Origin: an uncultured virus (IMG/VR IMGVR_UViG_3300038335_000129) | Taxonomy: Duplodnaviria; Heunggongvirae; Uroviricota; Caudoviricetes | IMG/VR virus record: IMGVR_UViG_3300038335_000129 | Strand: one strand, 5' to 3' | Length of the DNA stretch: 20,000 nt | Shown: positions 1 to 7,566 of the stretch, piece after piece | How the letters are laid out: each line of letters starts with the position of its first letter | How positions within the stretch are numbered: position 1 is the stretch's first letter | The notes under the pieces: model-generated | Seen by the model: the letters and a program-made list of their open reading frames with translations, nothing else | Databases searched by the model: none | What the model was told of the DNA's origin: nothing | Position numbers and translations under genes: made by a program

Positions 1-1286
1 TCCCGGGGATCCAGCATCCTCATTCCAATATCAATAATTTGATAATCAGTGCCGCAAACCGTCACCAGTCCAAATCGATCATGACTTACGACGGTTCCGC
101 ACGGTTCTTTTAGATCCTGACCAATCCCCTGCCCATAGTATTTAATCAAAAACGCTCTAACTTCTCCCAGATGCCCGGGACCGGCGACTATTGTATTCAC
201 TGGATCTCTTGAATCCGTCCCGATCATATGGTTATTCATTTGGATGATGTGCGAAGTAATCAAAGCATTGTGATCAATTGCAGTAACAGTAGAAAGTGGA
301 TCGTCCAAATCTGAACCGGCACCATTATAAGTTCCGCCGTAATGTTTGCATACAAAAGCTTGTATCAATCCATACCTCGGACTTCCATCAATCGTCATGA
401 TTGGCTCATTTATCTTTTGTCCTCTGACTTCATGGCTCAATGTTTCTGAATGGTATTGGATGAGCATTGAAGTTTGATCTTCGATAAAAAACGGATCAGG
501 ATTTTCCATGATAAATTTCTTTATTCCCCTTGCAATCCGCTCCATGGTCTTATCTGCTAACGGCCTGACTGTGTGCAATCCATGTTTTTCTTTTATTTGT
601 TGCTTTGTATCAAATATCGAAGGGCAAGGTTTTGAAAAATCCAGCACATCCGATACCGGGGTATATGGTTTTAGAATCCCCATTGCCACTTCTTTGCTAT
701 TCCGGGGGCCGTGGCTTTTAGTTGGCCACGATATCGGAAGTCCATCACACCGGGAAACCATGAAGAACCGTTTCCGCTTGGTGGGTGCGCCGTAATCAGC
801 CGATATTAATTCTCTGAATTCTACCTGGTACCCTATTATTTTCAGCTGCTCCACGAAACTATTAAAAGTTTCACCAGTCTTATTTTTATCCGGCTGGTTG
901 TCGTCGCCCAGCGGCCCCCAGGTTTTAAATTCCTCAACATTTTCCAAGATAATGACTGTTGGCCGTACTTGCATGGCCCATTTAACCGCTACCCATGCAA
1001 GGCCCCGGATGTTTTTATCTTTTGGTTTCCCACCCTTGGCTTTTGAAAAATGAGTACAATCGGGGCTAAACCACGCTAGATCAACCGGACGGCCTTCGCA
1101 GGCTTTAATCGGGTCAACATCCCACACACTTTCGCAATAATGCTTTGTATGCGGATGATTTACTTTGTGCATTGCAATTGCCCCGGGATCGTGATTGATC
1201 GCAATATCAACCGGTCTGCCCATGGCTTGCTCAATTCCCTCGGAGGCTCCGCCGCCTCCTGCAAAGTTGTCAATAATCAATCCCAT
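1..1286 (-). CDS. Phage DNA (cytosine-5)-methyltransferase, 3' end beyond window start
   Basis: Absent from ORF track; manual translation from ATG 1284-1286 (RBS AGGAG): MGLIIDNFAGGGGASEG (motif I), FSPDCTHFS (motif IV, PDC variant), IILENV (motif VI), DYGAPTKRKRFF (motif VIII), ...IDIGMRMLDPR. Frame open to position 1. Confidence 0.93.
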   Translation of the reverse strand, partial: MGLIIDNFAGGGGASEGIEQAMGRPVDIAINHDPGAIAMHKVNHPHTKHYCESVWDVDPIKACEGRPVDLAWFSPDCTHFSKAKGGKPKDKNIRGLAWVAVKWAMQVRPTVIILENVEEFKTWGPLGDDNQPDKNKTGETFNSFVEQLKIIGYQVEFRELISADYGAPTKRKRFFMVSRCDGLPISWPTKSHGPRNSKEVAMGILKPYTPVSDVLDFSKPCPSIFDTKQQIKEKHGLHTVRPLADKTMERIARGIKKFIMENPDPFFIEDQTSMLIQYHSETLSHEVRGQKINEPIMTIDGSPRYGLIQAFVCKHYGGTYNGAGSDLDDPLSTVTAIDHNALITSHIIQMNNHMIGTDSRDPVNTIVAGPGHLGEVRAFLIKYYGQGIGQDLKEPCGTVVSHDRFGLVTVCGTDYQIIDIGMRMLDPR

Positions 1287-1381
1287 ATACCACTCCTTAT
1301 CGCTTCGCGTTTCAAGCAACGAAACATACAAATTCTTATATCGCCCGTATAGTTCTGGCATGTCTCGCAAATAATGTTCAT
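1277..1381 (-). CDS. 34-aa Cys-rich microprotein (MNIICETCQNYTGDIRICMFRCLKREAIRSGIWD)
   Basis: ATGA overlap with stop of upstream gene; fills the gap to the MTase; CxxC...CxxxC. Confidence 0.5.
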   Translation of the reverse strand: MNIICETCQNYTGDIRICMFRCLKREAIRSGIWD

Positions 1382-1881
1382 ACTAGCCCCATGCTTTCCC
1401 GCATCGTACCGCTTTGGGCTACCCGTTCTGCAGCTCCGCGCTGGCCATAACTTCCATATTCTTCCCTGGCGACACTGTTGTATTCCGGAATACTTACCGC
1501 CGGCTTCTTAACTTTAGGCCCCCACCCAAACCGCTGGGAGTCTGTTAAACCCGATACCGTGCGTGTAGAATGGGACTTGCTCCATCTAACGCTAATTTCC
1601 GTCGCATTTTTCTTCGAGCATTTCTTTGAACATGTCGCCTGATTCCCGCTTGCTGGCAAAAATACTTCTCCGCATTGCTTACACGTGGCGTATTGATAAT
1701 ATTGCTCGAATTCATCACCGAACGCCTCAACCAGTCTTTTGATTGTCGGATTGCCGCCCTCGCTTTTTCCGGTTGTGATCATGCTGATCGTCGTTCTTTC
1801 GATGCCAGCAATCCTGCCTAGTTCCGCAAAGGATATGTTCCGCTCCTTCGCAATTCCGATTATTCTCTCCGCTAATGTCAT
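1378..1881 (-). CDS. XRE-family HTH protein with Zn-finger (CxxC...CSxxC)
   Basis: N-terminal HTH (ISFAELGRIAGIERTTISMITTGK), CKQCG...CSKKC; RBS GGAGG, ATGA overlap with upstream gene. Confidence 0.75.
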   Translation of the reverse strand: MTLAERIIGIAKERNISFAELGRIAGIERTTISMITTGKSEGGNPTIKRLVEAFGDEFEQYYQYATCKQCGEVFLPASGNQATCSKKCSKKNATEISVRWSKSHSTRTVSGLTDSQRFGWGPKVKKPAVSIPEYNSVAREEYGSYGQRGAAERVAQSGTMRESMGLV

Positions 1882-2114
1882 TTTTCATCCCTCCTATAAA
1901 TTTCTATGACGTTTAAAGCCTCTTTAAAGAGTTTTTCCAGCTGATCCATATTCCCGGTCAAAACTCCGTTATTTTTCGTTGTAATGGCTATTGAGTCCTC
2001 AAATACGATATATCTGACATATTTGTCAAACTCCTTTGATTCGACCGGCAGCCCTTCGGCCCGATCATTGTTGTAAAATTTCTTGTTGTGGATCTTTCGT
2101 AGGTTCTTTATCAT
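1878..2114 (-). CDS. Hypothetical phage protein
   Basis: ORF in operon; start re-set to ATG 2114 after GAGGTG RBS. Confidence 0.65.
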   Translation of the reverse strand: MIKNLRKIHNKKFYNNDRAEGLPVESKEFDKYVRYIVFEDSIAITTKNNGVLTGNMDQLEKLFKEALNVIEIYRRDEK

Positions 2115-2520
2115 TGTCCACCTCAAACTTCTCGCATCTGCAGTAATGGGTCATTTCGTCGCATGTGTCGCCGCCAGTACATCGGCCATGTTTATTAATA
2201 TCGCCGCATGTTTTGGGTTCACCCCAACACTCGTCCGGTTCACAATCTGGATATCTATGTTTGCACACATAACATTTCTCATCCAACCACCACTCCTGAA
2301 TCCAATCTTCGCAATATCCCTCTGATCGTTCATGGTGTTCAGAACTGCAAAACTCATCAATCACTGACTGGCATTTTTCGCATTCTTTCGCGTAAAATAT
2401 ATCTCCAAGTTCGTTGCCGGCCTTATCGTGGTACTTTTCACCCTTCTGGATGACCGCCCCACATAGTTCACATTTATGCTCTTTTCGGGCAGTTCGCACG
2501 GTGTCTCTGTAAAAACTCAC
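2065..2520 (-). CDS. Cys-rich hypothetical phage protein (ARKEHKCELCG...ECEKC)
   Basis: GTG start at 2520 with GGAGG RBS and GTGA overlap with VRR-NUC stop; multiple CxxC motifs. Confidence 0.7.
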   Translation of the reverse strand: MSFYRDTVRTARKEHKCELCGAVIQKGEKYHDKAGNELGDIFYAKECEKCQSVIDEFCSSEHHERSEGYCEDWIQEWWLDEKCYVCKHRYPDCEPDECWGEPKTCGDINKHGRCTGGDTCDEMTHYCRCEKFEVDNDKEPTKDPQQEILQQ

Positions 2521-2882
2521 AGTGTCACCTCCAGATAATTCACAATCACATCTTTGGCCATTTCCCAGCCATAACAAACTTCTGCCAGATAACCTTGCTT
2601 GGTCACTTCTTCAATCCACCACTTTTGGTGATCGGACACTTTCCCTTTTTGGGCCTTCATTTCGATGTATAAACCGTGATATTTTCCGCGGGCAACTGGT
2701 AAGAAAATATCACTTACGCCAGCCAAAACACCTTCTCGTTTAAATCGTGCTGCTTCTATTTCGCTTCGCTTGCCCCCGTTGGGGATGTGGTGCATTAGTT
2801 CCAGTTCTGGATATTTGCCCCGAGAGTATCCGGCCCAGCGGAACAATTCAATCTGTTCAGCGCTTTCAGATGGTGCTTTCAT
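2517..2882 (-). CDS. VRR-NUC domain nuclease (phage junction-resolving type)
   Basis: E..EQ...HHIPNGG.R...GVLAGVSD...LYIEMK..KGK.S..Q, a PD-(D/E)xK VRR-NUC signature. Confidence 0.9.
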   Translation of the reverse strand: MKAPSESAEQIELFRWAGYSRGKYPELELMHHIPNGGKRSEIEAARFKREGVLAGVSDIFLPVARGKYHGLYIEMKAQKGKVSDHQKWWIEEVTKQGYLAEVCYGWEMAKDVIVNYLEVTL

Positions 2883-3012
2883 CCCGCAAAACCTCCTTCA
2901 AATAAAAATCTGTACACATCAGCACCTCTACATTGGCATAGGCCCCGCTACATCGTCCGCCGTTTTCGGTGTGGTTTTCGGTGTGGTTTTCGCAGTTATG
3001 GCAGTTAATCAT
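2866..3012 (-). CDS. 48-aa 4-Cys microprotein (MINCHNCENHTENHTENGGRCSG...MCTDFY)
   Basis: Manual translation; ATGA overlap with upstream stop, RBS GAGGA; fills the gap between two genes. Confidence 0.6.
   Translation of the reverse strand: MINCHNCENHTENHTENGGRCSGAYANVEVLMCTDFYLKEVLRDESTI
2962..2992. repeat. 12-bp tandem repeat GTTTTCGGTGTG x2.6 (in-frame ENHT duplication)
   Basis: gttttcggtgtg gttttcggtgtg gttttcg read directly. Confidence 0.9.
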
Positions 3013-3326
3013 TGGATATCCTCTTTTATCCGCTTTTCAACGTCATCAGCAACCAATACCTTGTACATATTCGAAACGGCCGTATCAACGGCGTCTTCAT
3101 AATCACTTGTACAATCAAAATCATCGCGGCTTATCTCAGGCGTATCGATATTTGACGCATCAAGCTCTACGGTACTCGTTTCGGCAAGAATAATATATTT
3201 AGACACTTCCACGTTTTCGAATCGTCCATCTGCGCATAAATAGGGACTTTCATACGGCTCACTGCACCAATCGATTAGATCGCATTCGCCGCAGTGGGAA
3301 TTCATGTCACTTATAAAATTTTTCAT
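3009..3326 (-). CDS. Acidic Cys-containing hypothetical phage protein
   Basis: ATG 3326 after GAGGTG RBS; CGECDLIDWC...LC. Confidence 0.65.
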   Translation of the reverse strand: MKNFISDMNSHCGECDLIDWCSEPYESPYLCADGRFENVEVSKYIILAETSTVELDASNIDTPEISRDDFDCTSDYEDAVDTAVSNMYKVLVADDVEKRIKEDIQ

Positions 3327-3490
3327 TCTTTCACCTCGATCAACGGGCACCAATCCGGCTTTTCGTAAATACTTCCAAGCCTTTTTTTATTAACGCCACA
3401 AGTAAATTCAAGCTGGAATGATCCAATCCATGGATTTTTACACGGGCACTTTTCACAACTTACCGGCATTTTTATATCAATCTGTATCAT
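3323..3490 (-). CDS. 55-aa 4-Cys phage microprotein (MP.SCEKCP...C...KPDWCPL)
   Basis: Manual translation MIQIDIKMPVSCEKCPCKNPWIGSFQLEFTCGVNKKRLGSIYEKPDWCPLIEVKE; RBS GGAGGT; ATGA coupling to next gene. Confidence 0.75.
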   Translation of the reverse strand: MIQIDIKMPVSCEKCPCKNPWIGSFQLEFTCGVNKKRLGSIYEKPDWCPLIEVKE

Positions 3491-3653
3491 TTGGCACCTC
3501 CGTTTCAGTTATGGAATAATCAATATACAGTCCTTGCATAATACCGCCTTTAATCAATAATTCCTTTTCAAACTCACTAAGATTTTCATATGTTTTCGTG
3601 TAACTACTTTTTACGCCCATCTTACTTGTCATTGTGATTTTATATATTTTCAT
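3477..3653 (-). CDS. 58-aa hypothetical protein (MKIYKITMTSK...)
   Basis: ATG 3653 with GGAGGT RBS and ATGA overlap. Confidence 0.65.
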   Translation of the reverse strand: MKIYKITMTSKMGVKSSYTKTYENLSEFEKELLIKGGIMQGLYIDYSITETEVPNDTD

Positions 3654-4201
3654 CCCTGCACCTCCGACAATTCCGGGTTGTCGTTGATTGATCCGGCAAT
3701 CTCCCTTCGATAAGCCAGCCAATCTTCACCATAATGGTAACCTTGCGGATTTTCAGCGATACATTCCGGCATAATTCTCCACTGGTCGCGGCAGTATTCT
3801 GAATCTGTTAAAACTTTGTGCCAATATGGTTTCCAGCTCATTTCGTTTAATTCCTCGATGGTCAAAGGCTCATTTTTCAAGTCATCCAAGGTTATCCCGG
3901 CATCCTCATACATCTTGAGTCGCCCTCTCAGTTCAGCGGCCTGTACCGCTACTGTATATAAAATAGCCAGCTCGCAATCACATTCCATGCAAGCACCTTC
4001 CATAAGATCTTCCGGTTCAACCTTGCACCCTTTTTCTTTTGCGCATTTCGAGATATACTCGCAAAGATCAACGTCTTCTTTCCCGTCTGCATATCGCAAA
4101 ACCGCTTGATTATCTTTGCCGTATGAATAATTCAGCATTGTCTCGGTGTTATTTTTGGGTTCGTCCGTTGTTAATCGTGTTATTTCCATTGGATCTTTCA
4201 T
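3650..4201 (-). CDS. Hypothetical phage protein
   Basis: 183-aa ORF, GGAGG RBS; RLKMYED and EPLTIEEL motifs typical of Firmicutes phage early proteins. Confidence 0.75.
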   Translation of the reverse strand: MKDPMEITRLTTDEPKNNTETMLNYSYGKDNQAVLRYADGKEDVDLCEYISKCAKEKGCKVEPEDLMEGACMECDCELAILYTVAVQAAELRGRLKMYEDAGITLDDLKNEPLTIEELNEMSWKPYWHKVLTDSEYCRDQWRIMPECIAENPQGYHYGEDWLAYRREIAGSINDNPELSEVQG

Positions 4202-4219
4202 GATTTATCCTCCAACTTT

Positions 4220-4477
4220 TCAATCGCAAAAGCTTCTATGGCAGTGCGGGCAACCAGTAACAAGCGTTTTCCCGTCATGGCCGTTTGATATTTTCGGCTC
4301 CCAGTGGGTTCCGAGTAGATAATTCTGATAAATGTCTCTACCGCATCGATAACATTTACCGCTTCTCGGTGCAAAATCCGGGTAGCTCTTTTCTTCCCAC
4401 AATTTAACCTGATCATTTTTGCACTTTTGCAGTTCCTCTGGACTTTTTTTGATTACCTCAATATTCTGTTTTTCCAT
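4220..4477 (-). CDS. Zn-ribbon-like phage protein (FAP..G.C..C...TGCPHC.RSFCD)
   Basis: ATG 4477 after AAGGAG; two CxxC pairs. Confidence 0.75.
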   Translation of the reverse strand: MEKQNIEVIKKSPEELQKCKNDQVKLWEEKSYPDFAPRSGKCYRCGRDIYQNYLLGTHWEPKISNGHDGKTLVTGCPHCHRSFCD

Positions 4478-4616
4478 GTTCTTTCTCCTTTTCCCCATAA
4501 ACCACAATCTTCGGGCACAGCGGATTTAAATCGTCCGGGTCCAATTTGCAGTGCAGGCCGTCGCTTTTTATTATTTTTTGATCGCATTTTTCGCATTCGT
4601 AGTTGGAATCAGTCAT
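4458..4616 (-). CDS. 52-aa 4-Cys microprotein (MTDSNYECEKC...HC...LCP)
   Basis: ATG 4616 overlaps end of the MTase gene; CxxC-x11-C-x10-C. Confidence 0.55.
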   Translation of the reverse strand: MTDSNYECEKCDQKIIKSDGLHCKLDPDDLNPLCPKIVVYGEKEKEHGKTEY

Positions 4617-5430
4617 TATGTACACCCATAAAATGGAAACATATCTGGTCAACTGGTTTATAATTCATCCAGATCACTTCCTGCTTGTTAGATCCTTGGT
4701 ATTCTGAATAACCTGGTCTTTTTTCAATTTGCCATCTTTTTAACAAATCGTTGTATAATTCAGAATCATATCCAGATAAAATTATCTTCCCGGGATGATC
4801 AATGAGTGCATTGAGTAATTCAACATGATCTTTATCATCCATCTCGTGTTTATATTGCTTCGCCGTTCGGGTTGACAATAAATATGGCGGATCACAATAA
4901 ATCAAAACATTCTCATATTTGAACCGGTTGATAATTTCCAATGCCGGCCTGTTCTCGATCTGAACTTGTTTAAGTCTGTCTGTAACATCGACGATCCATT
5001 GTGGCAGCCGGTACCAGTTTTTTACAGCATAAGCAGACTCTCGGCCTTGCACATCGTTTTTCCAGCCGACCTTGTAACCATTTGTCCGGAATCCATGACC
5101 TTGCCAACATCGCACAAGAAAGATCCTGGCTTTTTCAATTTCATCTGTACAATCATCGCCTTCAAAGGCTTGATCATACTCTTGTCTTGAGTATGGGGTC
5201 ATGGAAATGCTTCTGGCCAGACCCTCCGGGTTATCCCGAATGACCTTGAAAAGATTGAAAACATCACCATCTAAATCATTAATTGTCTCAATGTTAGATG
5301 GTTCTTTTTTAAAAAACACTGCTCCGGATCCGAAGAAAGGCTCTACATATGAATGGTGATCCGGAATGTTATCTGTAATCCAATTAGCCAACTTCCACTT
5401 ACTCCCCGGGTATTTCAACACTGCTTTCAT
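4609..5430 (-). CDS. DNA adenine methyltransferase (D12/Dam-like family), orphan
   Basis: LKYPGSK, YVEPFFGSGAV (SAM binding), INDLD, YCDPPY (catalytic); start 5430 after GGAGGTG. Confidence 0.93.
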   Translation of the reverse strand: MKAVLKYPGSKWKLANWITDNIPDHHSYVEPFFGSGAVFFKKEPSNIETINDLDGDVFNLFKVIRDNPEGLARSISMTPYSRQEYDQAFEGDDCTDEIEKARIFLVRCWQGHGFRTNGYKVGWKNDVQGRESAYAVKNWYRLPQWIVDVTDRLKQVQIENRPALEIINRFKYENVLIYCDPPYLLSTRTAKQYKHEMDDKDHVELLNALIDHPGKIILSGYDSELYNDLLKRWQIEKRPGYSEYQGSNKQEVIWMNYKPVDQICFHFMGVHND

Positions 5431-6281
5431 TTCACCTCCAATTCCGGCCACAAATCCACAGCATGGTCGACTTCCATTTCCTCATATGCTTTTTGGCGTT
5501 CAGGGGATGTTTCTGGCATATTCGATTTTGCTTTGCCTTGTCCACCATTATTTCGATAACTCCCGCCTTTATCCTGCTCCCGTGCGAGCCAGCTTGTAAT
5601 AAACCGAAGTATCCCTGATTTTGTTTTCCGCTTTTTCGGGTTACTATCAAGCCAGCCCCTCATGTTGCGAAGCTGCTGCTCAACGTCCACTGCTGGGTAA
5701 AGCTCTTTCCATTCGTCTACTCTCATTTGCGTTACTGGATATTTCGTCTTATCATTCAAGGTAAGATCAATAATGACAGGGCTCGAATCAGCAGCTTGTC
5801 CGGATGCAGATTTATCTGCTCCGGGCATAAATAACTCTTTATTATCATTATTTGCATTATTATCATTATTGTTTGTATTTTTCGGTGTCACTTCGGTGTC
5901 ACTTTGTTGTCTTTCTGGTGTCATTTCGGTGTCTTTTTCTGTTTTATTGCGATCTTGATAATTGGCATAATTTAGCACCTTTACGACTGTTTTTTTAGTG
6001 TCTTTTTTTAGCTCTATCATTTTGTCGCTCTCCAACATTTTTAAAAAACTATCAACTTTTGTGGTTGACCACCCCCAACGATCAGCCAATTTGCGAATGG
6101 AAGTTATTTTTTCGCCTTTATCGACGTCAATTAATTGCGATCCAAGCAAAACTTTTTTCTTTTCATGATTAACCATTAAAAGAATGTCGATCCATGCCCG
6201 TGCTTTGTCGTACGGCTTTTCTTCCCATATCCAGTTATCTTGTATACTTCGGTGCAAGCTTATCCATCCTTGCTTTGACAA
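5427..6281 (-). CDS. Phage replication initiator (replisome organizer)
   Basis: GWISLHR N-terminus, HTH (TSIRKLADRWGWS..KV..FL), Thr/Asn-rich iteron-encoded linker, C-terminal YPAVDV..L..M..WL..NP.KRKT...FI.SWL domain; follows ssb. Confidence 0.85.
   Translation of the reverse strand: MSKQGWISLHRSIQDNWIWEEKPYDKARAWIDILLMVNHEKKKVLLGSQLIDVDKGEKITSIRKLADRWGWSTTKVDSFLKMLESDKMIELKKDTKKTVVKVLNYANYQDRNKTEKDTEMTPERQQSDTEVTPKNTNNNDNNANNDNKELFMPGADKSASGQAADSSPVIIDLTLNDKTKYPVTQMRVDEWKELYPAVDVEQQLRNMRGWLDSNPKKRKTKSGILRFITSWLAREQDKGGSYRNNGGQGKAKSNMPETSPERQKAYEEMEVDHAVDLWPELEVK
5830..5935. other. Probable phage replication origin: five 11-bp iterons plus AT-rich tract inside the initiator gene
   Basis: Units at 5881, 5892, 5903, 5914, 5925 (ttcggtgtcac, ttcggtgtcac, tttgttgtctt, tctggtgtcat, ttcggtgtctt) next to an AT-rich tract at 5830-5880; lambda O-like layout. 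Confidence 0.7.
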
Positions 6282-6350
6282 TTAATCACCGCCCCTCTGG
6301 CTCAAAATAATGAACCCTTACGGGGCCGTTAAGCCCCGCCCTTCCGCTGG

Positions 6351-6380
6351 ATTATAGAATACTGGTCTTTTATATGTGAA
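6351..6380 (-). promoter_or_regulatory. Putative sigmaA promoter for the replication initiator (TTCACA-18-TATAAT)
   Basis: Minus strand -35 at 6375-6380 and -10 at 6351-6356 in the ssb-rep intergenic gap. Confidence 0.5.
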
Positions 6381-6392
6381 ATTTATAAAAGC

Positions 6393-6827
6393 TTAGAAAG
6401 GTATATCGTCACCCAAATCATCCATAAGTTGGAAATCTTCGTCCAGGTCCATTGTCGACATAGGTTCGCTGTTGCTTTGCTGCTGGGTATTGGCGTTATT
6501 GCCACCGTCCTTCTTGCTGCTCAAAAACTGGATCTCATCCGCCACAACCTCGGTCACATACCGGCGCTGGCCGTCCTGGGCATCGTAGCTTCTTACTTGC
6601 AATCTCCCGGATACGCCGATCTGGCTACCTTTCGATAAATACTGTCCGGCAAATTCTGCCTGCTTTCCCCAGACAACGATTGGGACAAAGTCTGCTTCCT
6701 TCTGGCCGTCCTTGTTCTTGAAGCGACGGTCCACGGCCAATGTGAAGCTGGCCACTGATTTACCGGATGTGGTGTTTTTTACTTCAGGATCTCTGGTGAG
6801 TCTTCCGACTAAAATTGCTTTATTCAT
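6393..6827 (-). CDS. ssb: Single-stranded DNA-binding protein
   Basis: MNKAILVGRLTRDPE OB-fold start, acidic DDIPF tail. Confidence 0.97.
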   Translation of the reverse strand: MNKAILVGRLTRDPEVKNTTSGKSVASFTLAVDRRFKNKDGQKEADFVPIVVWGKQAEFAGQYLSKGSQIGVSGRLQVRSYDAQDGQRRYVTEVVADEIQFLSSKKDGGNNANTQQQSNSEPMSTMDLDEDFQLMDDLGDDIPF

Positions 6828-7566
6828 ATGTTGCCTCTGGTTCTTGTTCAGGTCTCACTTCGTCTTCCAGGTATTCCGAATCAATTTCTATCTTTGCACC
6901 GCTCTGCATAAGTTTCAGCAAATAGATCTTCAAATCATCGAGATATCGCAACGAACTGATTGAGCAGTCAATCTCTGTCGATAAGGTCCATGGGTAATCC
7001 TTAAACTTCGAAATACGAATCTCAAAATTAAGGTTTTCATCTTCATTGCATTCGAAAACAACTTTTGCATACTGAAAACTTGAACTTGACCAGGAAGGAC
7101 TTTTGTCGTAGTTTACCGTCATTTCGGTATTGACCCACTGATAGGATGGGCCGTCATCGTATTCAACTTCCAATCCGCTTGTGTCAACTTTCTCTGCAAC
7201 AAACTTCTTGAATTCTTTGAAGATATCAGACAACTTGACGACTTTAGGAAGCTCGTTTTCAGCCATCAGCTCTTTGAAATTGCCAAGAATCTTTTTATTT
7301 TCGAGAGAAGTCTCTTTAAGAATCTCCGTCAATACGCAATCTAACTTAATTAAATATTGCGAAAAGTCATAACCTTCCAACTGTTTCACCATAACGTCTT
7401 TGATCTTTTTCTCAATGACTTTTGTGATATCGCCGTAACTTCCCAAAAGGTTTTCCAAGGATTTGTTTATGCCCTTTTCAAGGTTTTCAGCCACCAACCG
7501 TTCTATCATTCCTGATTCCAGACTATCATCAATAACATTTTTGATTGCATTTTCAATGTTCATCAT
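6820..7566 (-). CDS. Hypothetical phage protein
   Basis: 248-aa ORF tightly coupled between recT and ssb. Confidence 0.75.
   Translation of the reverse strand: MMNIENAIKNVIDDSLESGMIERLVAENLEKGINKSLENLLGSYGDITKVIEKKIKDVMVKQLEGYDFSQYLIKLDCVLTEILKETSLENKKILGNFKELMAENELPKVVKLSDIFKEFKKFVAEKVDTSGLEVEYDDGPSYQWVNTEMTVNYDKSPSWSSSSFQYAKVVFECNEDENLNFEIRISKFKDYPWTLSTEIDCSISSLRYLDDLKIYLLKLMQSGAKIEIDSEYLEDEVRPEQEPEATYE

Noticed and set aside
2799..2812. TTCCA-gttc-TGGAT operator-like site in VRR-NUC
   Set aside because: Spacer is 4 bp rather than 3, and the site is far from any promoter.
2962..2992. Tandem repeat shares TTCGGTGT with the origin iterons, suggesting a second initiator site
   Set aside because: 12-bp rather than 11-bp period; explained by an in-frame 4-codon duplication; an 8-bp match can arise by chance.
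4198..4416. Alternative-frame 72-aa ORF
   Set aside because: Overlaps the better-supported Zn-ribbon ORF 4220-4477, which has an RBS and conserved-looking Cys motifs.
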